From contig NC_058369.1 of the NCBI RefSeq assembly GCF_018350175.1, positions 3,660,001 through 3,724,000 of the forward strand: 64,000 bases of DNA, given 5' to 3'. Made by a program: the position numbers and the translations under genes. Source of the stretch: Felis catus (lineage: Eukaryota). A model generated the notes under the pieces. That model did no database searches and was not told the origin of the DNA. It worked only from the letters and a program-made list of their open reading frames with translations. This document shows positions 24,067-35,600 of this stretch, piece by piece. Within the stretch, counting starts at the first letter, position 1; every line of letters begins with the position of its first letter.

Positions 24067-26451
24067 TAGCTGAGTTTTTAACGTAAACCTCCCTTCTTTT
24101 TTTCTACCCTGGGTTATAAAATCGGCTCGTGATCCCTTTGGAACATTTGAAAACTGGATATATGCGGAAAAAAAAAAAAAGTCAAAAGACCTACTGCCTT
24201 GTGCCGGTTTTCTCTTCATTTCCGTTCATTTCCCGAGTTACCACTCTGTCTAGCACCTTAGGAAGCGAACAGATGTGAGCGGTGGTCTGGCGTGTGCATA
24301 TTCGTGTGTGTGTTCAAAAATGTGAAACCTACACGGATGTCCAGTGATACATACTTGGAGTGAAATGGAACGTTGGGATTCCTCCTCTGAATGTACTTCT
24401 AAAAAGGGATTTTTTTTTTTTTTTAAACACAAAGGAGATGCCTTTCCAACCATCTGTACTTATGCATCAGACTGGCCTGTGTGTGGGAGGGGAGTCCCAG
24501 CCCTGTACCTTGCCCTTCTGGGGAAGATGAAGACCAGTTAGAAATGAGCCCCCTCCAGGGCCACCTGGGTGGCTCAGTCGGTCAGGTGTCTGACTCTTGG
24601 TTTTGGCTCAGGTCACGATCTTCTGGTTCATGGGTTTGAGCCCCACGTGACGCTCCATGCTGCGGAGCCTGCTTGGGATTCTGTCTCCCTCTCTCTCAGC
24701 GCCCCCCCCCAGCCCCGGGGCTGGTGCAGAAGGCCCCCTGGCTTGTTCAGGGAGACATCCAGGGTGGCTCCCAGTACCAGCCTTGCCTGAGATTCGCACC
24801 TGTCTGCAAAGACTTGGAGAAAACCCAGGTGATTTATCCCCAGGCGAATTTGTCCCTTTGAAAATTCTGAGTGTTTCCTTCCTACTTTGCAGAGGACACT
24901 TTTTTAATTAAATGGGAACGATCATGCTTTTTTCCTAACCTTTTATTATGCAAACTTTCAAACAGAAAGTTATGGTGAACCCCAGAATATTCCTCCCATC
25001 TGGATTCTACAGTCTTTCAGATTTTTACATAATAGGTGGTGTTTTAAAGTCTCCCGACACAAGAAAGTTGGCAACCTATTTAGGTGCTCCAATTAAAAAA
25101 AAACACAAAAAAGATTTCAGAGTCTGTGAAATCCAAACACCTGATATTTACGGTCTTAGAGGATAAACTTGGAAGTAGAATAAGGGGGGTGGGGTGGTGA
25201 GTGGGGGGGATCCCCTCCATTATTGCATCGTGGATGCCGTGTTGCCATGATCAAATGCGTTTGTCTTTCCCGCTGGTTCGGGAGTTCCTTGGGGGCAGTT
25301 ACTACTTGGCATCTTTAAAATTAAATTTAAGCTACACGAGGAATGTATGAATATAGTCCCGTGAGAATTGAAAACCTCCCTGAACAGATTCACATCCCCA
25401 CTGACTACTCTTTTCAGCAGTGCGGATCTATCCCCTCTCCAAAGGTGTCCTTTTCTCCATTTCAGGGCGGCCTTTCTGTGTGCCTTGACACGGATGCGTG
25501 CCCTTAGAAACCACACGACACTGGTCTCTGTGTTTGTGTCCATAACGTCGGTTGCTGGATACAGAGTTCTGGACCATTCTGCAGCTTGCTCACCAACGTG
25601 GGTAGGGGATGGATCCAGGGCTGGGCATGTAGACCCACCTCTTGTTAAACTGCTACACGGTTGAAAGTCCTGTAGAGCGCCCCGTGCCCTAAGTTCCCTG
25701 CCTAGTTCCCTAGTGCCCTAAGTTACCTGCCTAGTTCTGGTGTAGAGCACCACCTGCGCTGCAGGTGCGCTGCACCCTGCGCTGCAGCCTGTAACCGCTG
25801 AGGGCGTTGCATGAAGTACCTGACCTCCCGGGGTCCAGGGTGGATAATATTTACAATGTTACTGGAGAAACTCCTGCGGCTGATCTGCATGCCTGCCTGC
25901 GGCCCCGTGCGCGCCCCACTGCTGTCTACTGCGCAAGTGGTAACAGCAATGACAGTGGTAAACCCACTCATGAGAAGCCACCCACGCAAGCCCTCTGTGT
26001 GCCTGGTCCCACTCGATTCTTGCAACATCCCTGGAGGAGGGGCAGGCGGTGGAGGGAGCTGTTACCATCGTTAGCGACTTCACAGGGGTAACCGAGGCCC
26101 AGAGAGGTCCCAGTTGAGGCGTGGAGCCCGGCGGACCTTCGAACCTTGGTGTTAGGGACTGTCTTGTGTTAGGGAACTCGGGGAAGCGCACCTAACTACC
26201 CCGAGGGCCTTGCGGGTTTGCAAAGGTTTGTTGATTGTGATGGAAATAAATTTGGCTTTTAGGGGGGGCAGAGGAGGGGCGCTTGCTGCTTGACTATATT
26301 TCTCCAGTTCTTTTGTTACATGGATCGCACCGGAGCTGTCTCCCCCCTCGGGATTTAAAGGAGTGGGAAACTCTGCGTCCAAGTTCCGGCCGCGAGTCTC
26401 GAACCCCGTCGCCGTGCCACCCCGGCCTGGTGCTGATGTTGTGCTAGGTCT

Positions 26452-26457
26452 CACGTA
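26452..26457 (-). promoter_or_regulatory. Candidate hypoxia response element (TACGTG)
   Basis: CACGTA on +, ~480 bp upstream of the KDM4B TSS; KDM4B/JMJD2B is an established HIF-1 target. Confidence 0.5.
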
Positions 26458-26928
26458 CTCAGTTGCAGCCTGATAACCGGGGCGGGGCCCGGGCCCTGAT
26501 TGGCATTCGCCTCAGCCAGTCCGCGCCTCGGGCTCACCCCGCAAGCCAATGCTCACTTGCCCCGGTGCGGTCGTTGGGCGGTCCCCGAGGCGCCCTTGTC
26601 AATCCGAGGCCCAGCCACCGTCGGGTTGGTGGCTGCTGCCTTGACTGGCGTGCGCCGCTTCCAATGAAAACGGAGCCGGTCAGCGGGCACGTGGGTGGGC
26701 GCCGGCGTGTCCCGTCCGGCCAGCCAATGGGGAGACGAGGCCGGGGCCTGCACCCGCCCAATCGAGGCGCGCGGGGGGCGGGTCGTGCGATGTTGATGGG
26801 CCCGGCGGAGGGGAGGGGCGGAGCTGTCAGCGACAGCCAATGGGCGCGCGGGCGTGGGCTCGGGGCCCAATGGCAGCCAGGGCGGAGCTGGCGCGCGGCC
26901 TCATAAGCCCCGCCCGGGGCGCTCGCGG

Positions 26929-27045
26929 AGGGCTCGGCCGCCAGCGACCGAGCGGGGCCCGGCCCGAGCGGGGCCTGGGGGTGCGACGCCGAGGGCGGGG
27001 GAGCGCGCGCCGCTGCTCCGGACCGGGCCGCGCGCGCCGCCTCAG
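26929..27045 (+). other. KDM4B: KDM4B non-coding exon 1 (5' UTR); TSS approximate
   Basis: AGGGCTCGGCCGCCAGCGACCGAGCGGGGCCCGG...GCCGCCTCAG|gtgagc matches my recollection of the human KDM4B mRNA 5' end; consensus donor; syntenic position 3' of UHRF1. Confidence 0.85.
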
Positions 27046-27095
27046 GTGAGCCCGCGGGGAGGCGGCCGCCGCGTCGGAGCTCGGGCCCCGCCGCA

Positions 27096-27122
27096 GCCGC
27101 CGCCGCCGCCGCCGCCGCCGCC
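27096..27122. repeat. (GCC)9 trinucleotide repeat
   Basis: Nine perfect units ~50 nt downstream of the KDM4B exon-1 donor. Confidence 0.95.
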
Positions 27123-28740
27123 CCCGCGCCGCGCCCCGGGCTGCGGGCGGGCGCCCGGGACTCGAGGCCCAGGCCTCGGGCGCGGCCTGCTCGGGCCGCG
27201 GCCGCCGCGCTTTGTCCCGGCCCGCGAGGCGGTTGGGGGCGTTAACCGCCCGGCCCGGGAGGGGGGGGGGCGCGCCCGGCGGGGCCTCGGGCGGGGGCGG
27301 CCGCGGCCGGACAATGGCGGGCCCGGGGGCGGGAGGCGGGGGCGTCCGGGCCGGGGCCGGGGGCGCGCGGGGGCTGGGCCGGGGCGTCCCCGCCGGCCCT
27401 GCACAAAAGATGACAGCGTGGGTGGCCCGGCCCGGCCCGGCCCTGCCCGGCTGGGCCCCTCTTTATTATTCACAACAATCCTGATAATTAAACAAAATGA
27501 GGAGAGAGGCCGAGACGGAGAGCTCGCGAGCGCCGGCGATCCCAGGCCCCGGCCAGCGCCCGCCTGCGCGTCCGCCGCTCTGCGCGCCCCGGTGGGGCCG
27601 CCGGGGCGCTGCCCGGTGGCGCCCCCCGCCGTGGCCGTCGCTGCCCCCCACCCCCGCCCCGAGGCGGCCCGCCGCGCCGTCGCGGCTTCCACACCTGCCC
27701 CCGAAGAGAGGCGTGCAGTCTGGATTTTTTAAATTAAAAACCGTGTCCACTTGGTATGCACCTCGCAGCTTCCGGACGCGTCCCCTCAGTGCCTCCCCCT
27801 CCGAGCCCCGTCGTCGTCCCGAAGACCCCCGTCTCTGTAGAAATAGACTGTGGAGTCGCTCCCCGCGGCCACCCCGTTGGGCCGTCCCATCTCGTCCCTT
27901 CCCCGTGGGAGCTGGGGCTCGGCTTCGTTCTGAAAGGGACCGGCCCCGGCCCGGCAGTGTGCGAGGGCCTGGGTGTGCGCGCGGTGGGCGCGATGACACC
28001 GGGTGCCGTGGGGTGCGTGTCCACCTGGGCGCGGTGGAAGGCTTTCCACGAGATTGTTCTGCCCCCCTCTGGGGGTGCGGGCGGCCTGGACTGCGCTCTG
28101 GTGCGTCCCCGGCTGTTTGGTTGGGGGAGGAGGCTTTTGTTTTCCTAATTCGGGTGCACCTGGGGAACTGTTTCCCGAGTTAGGAAACTAGCGGGAAGGT
28201 GGGTCCAGTAATCCGTGGGGTCCAGTCATCCTGTAACACGCGCGCTGTGTGTTCTTTTCCGTGTGTTTCTGCCAGTGGCGTTTATTCAGCGAGCTCCCTT
28301 GGGTCCCGGTGGGTGCTGGCTCTGCCTTGGGGTCTGAGGATACTGGGATTGCATTTAAGGCTTGGGTGCCCTGCCCCACGGCTCTGCACAACCATCGACG
28401 TGGCTGTCTCCAGGCGGCAGAAAGCCCCTAAGACGGGCTCATTAGACGACTCTACGGGCTTTTATCGGTGCCATCCGAGAGCTAATGACTGCCCTGATTC
28501 TCAAATAATAGCTTCCTTATGAGGCTTGGGGAGGGATTGTCAACTCGCTGGTCAGCCTTTTCTTGCCACCTCTGGGAGAGCCGTGGGTGGCCTCTCCCCT
28601 CCCTGCAGTTTGTTTTCTGGAACCCTGAAGGACAGAGTGGGAAAGTCGCGGAGTCAACTTGTGATTGTCTGAGTCGAGGGTTTCTGATTGGATGCTTGGC
28701 CAACCCCGGTGTTCTTCCATTTGTGCTGGGGACACCGTGC

Positions 28741-28755
28741 AGGTCAGACTGCCCT
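28741..28755. promoter_or_regulatory. One-mismatch ERE AGGTCAgacTGCCCT
   Basis: 15-bp IR3 with optimal flanks and one mismatch, 1.7 kb into KDM4B intron 1. Confidence 0.4.
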
Positions 28756-29899
28756 GCCCTGGGGGACGTCACCGCTGGGGGGCAAAGGGGGTGGCGGGGG
28801 TGCGGTGGCACACAAGCGCCCAGGTGTTGTGGCGGATGCACGCGGGCGCTGTGTCCGTCCCCGCCGGTGAGCTGTGTGTCCATTCGCCTGAGCGTGTAGC
28901 CATTGACCCGAAATAGATACACACGGGTGTCGGGACGATTGATTTTCTCGCGTTTTCGAATCCTTACCTCTTTGTGGGTGGGCTGCTGGGGAAATGTTAA
29001 CTGCTGGAATCGAAAGGTGCTGCTGATGGGTCACTTAGGACCCGCCCGGCCTTTGTTGTAGTTTCCCTGTCCCTGTGCCATCCCGCAGGAGTCCTCTGGG
29101 CTCTGGGGTGGACAGCGACCCCCCCCCCGCCCCCCACTATGCCCCTTTCCCCCACCCTGGCGACTCTGTACTTGGTCCTGCGTTTCGTTTGGCCGCCTTC
29201 TCTGCTGGTTTCTCGCCCCTGCCCTCCAGCGCCCCGCCCCCTTCCCCTGGAGGGGCTCGGCCATCTGTTCCTGGGTTCTATCTGACACCTGTGACAGTGG
29301 GCACGTTTGAGCGCTGGAGCAGGTTATGGAGAATTCCTAACTTCAGGGGGCCTCGGTGTTAGCGGGGGAAGGGACAGGTGGGCGCCCTGGGGTGTGAAGT
29401 CCACCATCCGTGGGGCCTGGTTCAGGAACAGGCAGCACCAGGGGATGCGTGCTCATGGACCCAGGCGCTGGCTGACGGGCCTTTCTGGGTGGCTTTTTTC
29501 CCGGGATCTGGAAGCGTGTGCGGTTCAGAGCTGTGTGTGTGACCTCGGGCCAGTCGCTTGCTCAAGAACCAAGCTGGGGGGGGGGGGGGTGCGGGGGTGG
29601 AGAACAAATGAACTCCTGGCAGAGGGCACGACTGGGAGGGCCCCGCAAACCCCCTCGGTCCCCACCATGCCTCACCCGCAGCCCGGGCCGGCCAGGGTTC
29701 CTGGTTCTGCCCCAGAGACTTGTCCCCGGGGCTGCTCTGTGGCGCCTCAGTGCCCCAGCTCTTTCCTGCCCCGCCCCCCGTGCCTCTGCTTCTGGCTGAG
29801 GGTGCCGGGCGGCGGAGGAGAGTGCCGAACCGGGACCCCGTTCTGACCTGCTGTTCTTGGCCGTGCCTCTGGATTCCTGTCCCCAGAGAGGCTTCCGAG

Positions 29900-30050
29900 T
29901 CTGAGGGAGCTGGGTTCAAATCCCTCCTCTGGAGTCAGTCACTTTCCTTCCCTGGGCCTTGCATTTCTCATCTGTAAAATGGGTACAGCGAGGGCCCCTC
30001 GTGGGTCATTGTGGGGATCGGAGGGGATGAGAGGCACTGAGTGTCTCGTG
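29900..30050. mobile_element. MIR SINE fragment (others at ~41210-41300, ~50140-50270 and ~55780-55930)
   Basis: GGGTTCAAATCC...TTTCTCATCTGTAAAATGGG core. Confidence 0.75.
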
Positions 30051-32164
30051 TGGCACCAGGAGCTCTGGCTGCTGCAACCATCTGCTTCTTTCCGGGGCTC
30101 CCTCTGCCTGTCACCGTTCCGCTGGATTGTTCTCCAAGGTGGGCACCGTAGGGGGCTGAGCGGCATCCCTGGCCCCACCCACTTGATGTCAGGAGCCACC
30201 CCCAGTGTGACAACCACAGATGTCCCCTGGGGCACGCAGTCGCCCTGAGAGCCTGTCACTTAGCCTTTAACCCTGATATTTGGTTGTGACCCCGATCTGC
30301 CTCAAGTTCTGCTTTCCTTTGTCCCCCTCCTCCCCTCCGTTCTCGAATAGGGAGGGGCCCGTGTTTGTAGACGGTGCCGGCCGTACGCAGCCTGGCTGTC
30401 CGGGTCCTTCCCGACTGTCGCTCTGGCCTTCCCAGCCCGTAGCTTCCACTCCAGGAGAGGCGCACACCCACAGACTCCCCCAGGCCCCCCCACCGCCATG
30501 GTGCAGGGATCTTCAAGGGCTGTTCCCGTCACGAGCCCCCCTGGGCGCCCTGCCCAGGCTTTCACCTCTCCTGCTCCCCCCAGCCCCCCGCCATACCCCT
30601 TCCTGTCACTTTGCTTAACAGTTCTCTCTGAGTCGACTTGAAGGTGACTCACGTCCTTAATCTCGCCTCCTCCTGAACAGAAATGTCCCCAAAGTCGTGG
30701 GTCTGTTAATAAGCTGGTTGCAGATCTACGACGAAATGGATTTAACTACGACGTTAACAAGAAAAGTTTGTGTCACGCCATTAGCAAGGGCGGGGTGGAT
30801 TGAGGAATTGATTCTGTTGTTGGACGAATTGGATTTTGAGGGTCTCGTTGGTTAGAGAGGGTATCCCTGGCATCTGGTCTGTCACTTTTCAGTCTTGTTC
30901 CCTCAGGGAGCTTTTGGAAACTGTAAAAACGGTCTTCCTCTCCTCAGAACCCTCTGGTGGCCTCCTGTTGTCCCTGGAAAAAACTCGAGACCCTTTCCCG
31001 TGGCCTCCCTGCTCTGTCCTCTGGGATCTGTCCTTTCTCCCCGCCCTCCTCCTCCCCCTCCCGTGCCCGCTCCCTCAGTCCTAACCAGCTTCCCTGCCTC
31101 AGGGCCTTTGCACTTGCTGTCCCTGCACTCTTCTAGCCAGCTGGCTCCTTGTCACTCAGGTCTCTGCTCAGAGCCCGTCCCTGACCACACTGCCTAAACT
31201 CACCCTTGCGACCACCCTCTCTCCCCGCCCTGCCTTTTCATCTTTGCATTTAGCCCTGCTGTAAATACATATTAAGCTGTTTATGTGTTTATGGTCCATC
31301 TCGTTCAGAGGACAGAAGCTCCTTTTGTGAAGGGTCAGAGAGTAGATAGTGTTGGCTTTACAGGCCGGTCTCTGTCCCCACTGCTCTGCCATCGTAGCAC
31401 GAAAGTATGGAAATAAATGAGCGTGTCTGTTTTCCAATAAAACTTTATTCATGGTCACAGAATTGTGAATTTTACATACTTTTTGCATGTGATGAACTAT
31501 TTTTCTTCTTTCGATTTTTTTTTTTCTCACTTCATCACTTAAAAATGTCAGAACCTTTCTTTGCTCGGAGGCTGTGCAGAAACAGGTAGTGAGTGGGGCT
31601 TGAGCTGTGGGCTGTGGTTTGGGGACGCCTGCACCAGCGTGTGAGGTCCACGCTATAGAAATGACATCTGTCTCGGCTGCCGCGTGTCTCCCTAGCACCC
31701 AGGGCAGCCTGGCACACGGTGGGTGTTCGGTGAACGCCCTTTTGTTGAATGAATGAATGTCTATCTTTTTTACATCGAAGCACTCTAGATTAAAAAAAGG
31801 GGGGGGGGGGTCCTGGTTTGTTTCGAGGGAAATTAACACTGCTGGAGATACAGAAAATGTTACCATTTCATCCACCAAAACAACCCCAAAATGAAGGAAG
31901 AAAAAAAAGGAGCTGTGAACAGGGGCAAATACTTTGCTGTTTGTGATGCCTGACCCTCTCATGCTCCCCCCTTTTGTACTGTACCCCGGAAAATTGGGAA
32001 GAAATATTCTCAGAAGATTGGGAAGGAGCCCTCTCGGCCTAAGGAGTTTGTTTCGGTCTAGCAGAGGCTGAGGGTTTAAAAGGAAGACGCGTTTCCCAAT
32101 CGCTTTGTTTTGTAAGCATCTGTAAGCCTGCGTCGGAAGGGGCGGTGGAGTCCTGGGAGGTGGT

Positions 32165-32625
32165 TTTGTGTTTTTGTTTTTTGTTTTTTATTTATTTTAA
32201 TTTTTATTTAAAAAATTTTTGTTTATTTTTGAGAAGGAGAGAGAGAGAGAGAGGGAGAGAGAGAGAGGGAGGGCAGAGAGAGAGAGAGAGGGAGACACAG
32301 AATCCGAAGCAGGTTCCAGGCTCTGAGCTGTCAGCACAGAGCCCGACGCGGGGCTCGAACCCACGAACCGTGAGATCATGACCCGAGCCGACGTCGGACA
32401 CTCAACCGACCGAGCCACCTGGGCGCCTTATGTTTTTGTTTTTTAAAGTTTTTATTTATTTTTGAGAGAGAGCCCAAGTCGGGGAGAGGCAGAGAGAGGG
32501 GGACAGAGGATCCGAAGCAGGCTCCGTGCTGGCGGCGGAGGGCCCGATGGGGGCTCGAACTCACGAACTGTGAGATCGTGACCTGAGTCGACGTTGGCTG
32601 CGTAGCCGACTGAGCCACCCAGGCA
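32165..32625 (-). mobile_element. Two tandem carnivore SINEs
   Basis: SINE motifs ending at ~32427 and ~32625. Confidence 0.92.
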
Positions 32626-35600
32626 TTCTGGGAGGTGGCTTTTATCGTCACCGGCCGCAGGGTCTCCACGGGGACTCGCTGAAGAGGTGGCTTTCACGGG
32701 TGTGGACGCTGAGCTTTGTGGGGCTCCCGGACAGCCAGGTGGCTGCCAGATGGCACGTGTCGGGCGCGGGACTGCGCCTGGCAGCATTTGTCCTGCCTTT
32801 CTCTTCGACCACGGCTGCTGGGTGTGCAGAGCGGCTGACGTGTGATTCCCGAGCCAAGGACGTCTTCAGTGTCTCAGATCTGGTAACTTCCCAGGACCCT
32901 TCTGACTTGTCAAGAGAGCGTACCGTTAATTTACAGTCATGCCTTCTTTAGTTGATGGAAGTAAACAATCTGGAGAGGGTTGCTCAGAGCTTCTTGGCTT
33001 TCCAAAGCTTTTCCCTCTGCCTCTCCGTTTCTCCCTTCCTTCTTTCGTTCCGTCCCCTCTTTCCTTGCCCTGCGTCGGCGGTTCTGGTGAATGCGAGGGC
33101 GCTGGGGGAAAGTGAGGGCATTGCCGGACAGGGTGTGTGAAGCCGCCTTGGCCCCACGGCCGGCCGGCCGTGCCTCTTAGCAGCAGAGGAGCGCAAAGCT
33201 GTCCTGCGGCTCTGGGCTGTGACTCCAGGGGGTGGCGGCCTTGAGTGCTCTTGCTCGGTGGACAAAGAGCGAGTAGTCAGAAAGCAAGCCCCCCGGGTGG
33301 GTCCCCAGGTACAGAGCAGAACAAGGACTAGCGTAGGATTTGGCCCTGGTTGCCGGCCCGCGATCCCAGTTGCATTTCTCAGATGGGCCTGTACGGCGAG
33401 TGGTGAAGAGGGGCTCTCTGGGCGGGGCGGTCCTGACTCTCGCCCCGGATGGTGGCACCTTCCGGGCAGGTAGGGGCGGAGGTGGGCCTGCCTTTGTGGC
33501 TTCGTGGCCGCTCGCTCCGGGCTCCAGGGGGAGGACGTGGAGAGAGACGACGCGTGTAAGATGTGCTTTGTGCGGAAGAAGCCAGGGGCTGGATCCCCGA
33601 GGCCCCGTTTGACCGAGGGCCAGCCTGCAGCCACCAGCAGGCGCCGTGACGGTGTGACGACAGGGGTGGGCCCGGGATCCCCGGCCCCTAAGCGGGGTTG
33701 GAGATGGGCCGCCCGCCCCGGCGTTTCTGGGCAGCTCAGACGGCGGCCTGGGAGCCGGCTGGTGCGGTCTCCACTTGGGCACCCGAATGAGCGCGACCCT
33801 GGCCGGGCGGCCTGACCGGAAGATTCCATCATTTTGCCGCTGGCCCCTTCGAATCAGATACCCGCTGTCCACCCCCTCCCCCCCCCCCCCCCCCGCCCCT
33901 GTTTCTGTCAAAATCCCATCTATCAGCGTCGGCCCTCGGCACAGTGGGCTTCCTGTCTCAGGTCGGCGGGCTGCATGGATCTGATTATCTTGGTCACGAG
34001 TTGAGAGGATTGCTCGTGTCTCGCTTGCGTGTGAGTAAAGCCCCTGGAATTTAAACTCTTGATTCGCCGCGTTATTCCAAGTCCTCCTCCCCGAGGAAGA
34101 GTAGGGAGTCAGGAGAGGCTCGTTCAGCTGACCCCTTCTGGAAAAGAAGGCGTCCCGTTCTCGCTGCCTTCCTGGGCGGTCGCGTGTGGAAGCCACAGAG
34201 CGGTCTCGGCCGCTCCCGTCTGCCGTGTCCTGCTTGCACCAGAGGCAGCCCCCGGCCCGGCAGTGTCGTTCACTGGGAAACTGGCCACTCTGCGCAGGGA
34301 GCGCCTCTCGCTGGGCCCCGCAGAAGGGAGTGTGGGTGCTTGGATGGACGGACGGACGGACGGACGGAGCTCGCCCGCCACTGAGAGAGCTGCGGCCGCT
34401 GGGCGCTGTCGGGTCGAGGCTGACGGTCACAGGCAGAGTGGGCACGGTGGCCTCGGTGACACGCCCCGCGGCCTCTGCAAATGCCCAAGCCGTGCGGTCT
34501 GCCGACCTCGAGGCGAAGGTACGAAACCGAGAGTCACAGAAGGCCTCTCACCCGTGGCTCCTGGCCTGCTGACCGGTGGCTCGCGTTCACGGTCCCGGCC
34601 ACGGGGGCCCTGGCTCCACCTGAGGGCGTCTGCCGGTGTCCGTTGCGTGTGACAGTATCGTCAACCCCGCTTGTGCCCGGCCGGGTGTTCGTGGCGGCCG
34701 GATGAGCGGCGTCTCCTGCCCACGGGGGTCGTGGCGCGCGGCGGAAGGCAGAGGGGCCGGGGGGCCAGGGGGCCGGGGCTGCCAAGATAACATGCAAACC
34801 GGGCCAGTGGAAGCACGGGGCAGGGGCCGCGTCTGCTGGCTTGGGTGGTGGCCAAGGAGGTGACAGAAGAGTCACCATGTGAGCTGAGCCTTGTCCTCGT
34901 GGGTGACGGCGAGCCGGCAGGCAAGGAAAGGGGGGCGCTGGGGGCCGTGGCCTGGCGGGCCTGTAGGGAGAAGAGCACGGGGGAGGCAGGGAAGCCCGAA
35001 CCTCTCGGGTGTGTTTGCCCGAAGATCCGAGGGGCTAAGAGAAAGGGGGGGCGGTCAGCTCTGCCCTCAGGGATCTTAGAGTCTAAGACCAGAGCCGTTC
35101 AGGTCACCAGGGAGGGCCAGGGGACAGCTCCCCAGCAACTGGCTCTGGTGTGATGCCCAGACCCTGAATTTGTAGAGCAGCCCCTCGTAAAGTACTCCTG
35201 CCCTGTGGTGCTTTTTAAAAATATCTACAATATACATAATAAATACATATATACGTATTTCAGGTAGACTCCGTGCCCAATGTGGGGCTCAAACTCACGA
35301 CCCCAAGACCAAGAGTTGCGTGTTTTACCAACCTAGCCAGGCCAGGTGCCCCTTAAATATATTTTTGTGCAGATAGTCACATACCGTAACATTCTTCCTT
35401 TTCAGGGAACAATTCATTGGCTTTAGAGCATTTATAGAGCCGCGCGGCCATCACAACCAGCAAATTCCAGAACATTATTATCATCTCTAAAGGAAACACG
35501 GTGCCTATTAAATAGTCGCTCCCCCCTGCCTCCAGCCCCCTGGGCAGCCACAAACCCCCATCCTGTCTGTGGATGTGTCCGTTCTGAGCATTTTACATAA

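Larger units (their letters stand above)
26380..28100. promoter_or_regulatory. KDM4B: CpG island and promoter of KDM4B
   Basis: Very high GC and CpG density; seven CCAAT/ATTGG boxes (26499, 26546, 26661, 26724, 26758, 26837, 26867); GC box GGGGCGGGGC 26479-26488; E-box CACGTG 26688-26693; contains a strong first-exon donor. Confidence 0.92.

Noticed and set aside
25620..25740. Possible p53 response element upstream of KDM4B
   Set aside because: CWWG cores are present, but no pair of acceptable RRRCWWGYYY half-sites
26854..28183. Long ORFs across the CpG island
   Set aside because: Typical CpG-island artefact; they run through a consensus donor and show no KDM4B JmjN sequence
33177..34445. 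Longest ORF in the track (422 aa, minus strand)
   Set aside because: No recognisable domain and Pro/Arg/Gly/Ala-rich, as expected from stop-poor GC-rich intronic DNA; overlapping long ORFs exist in other frames
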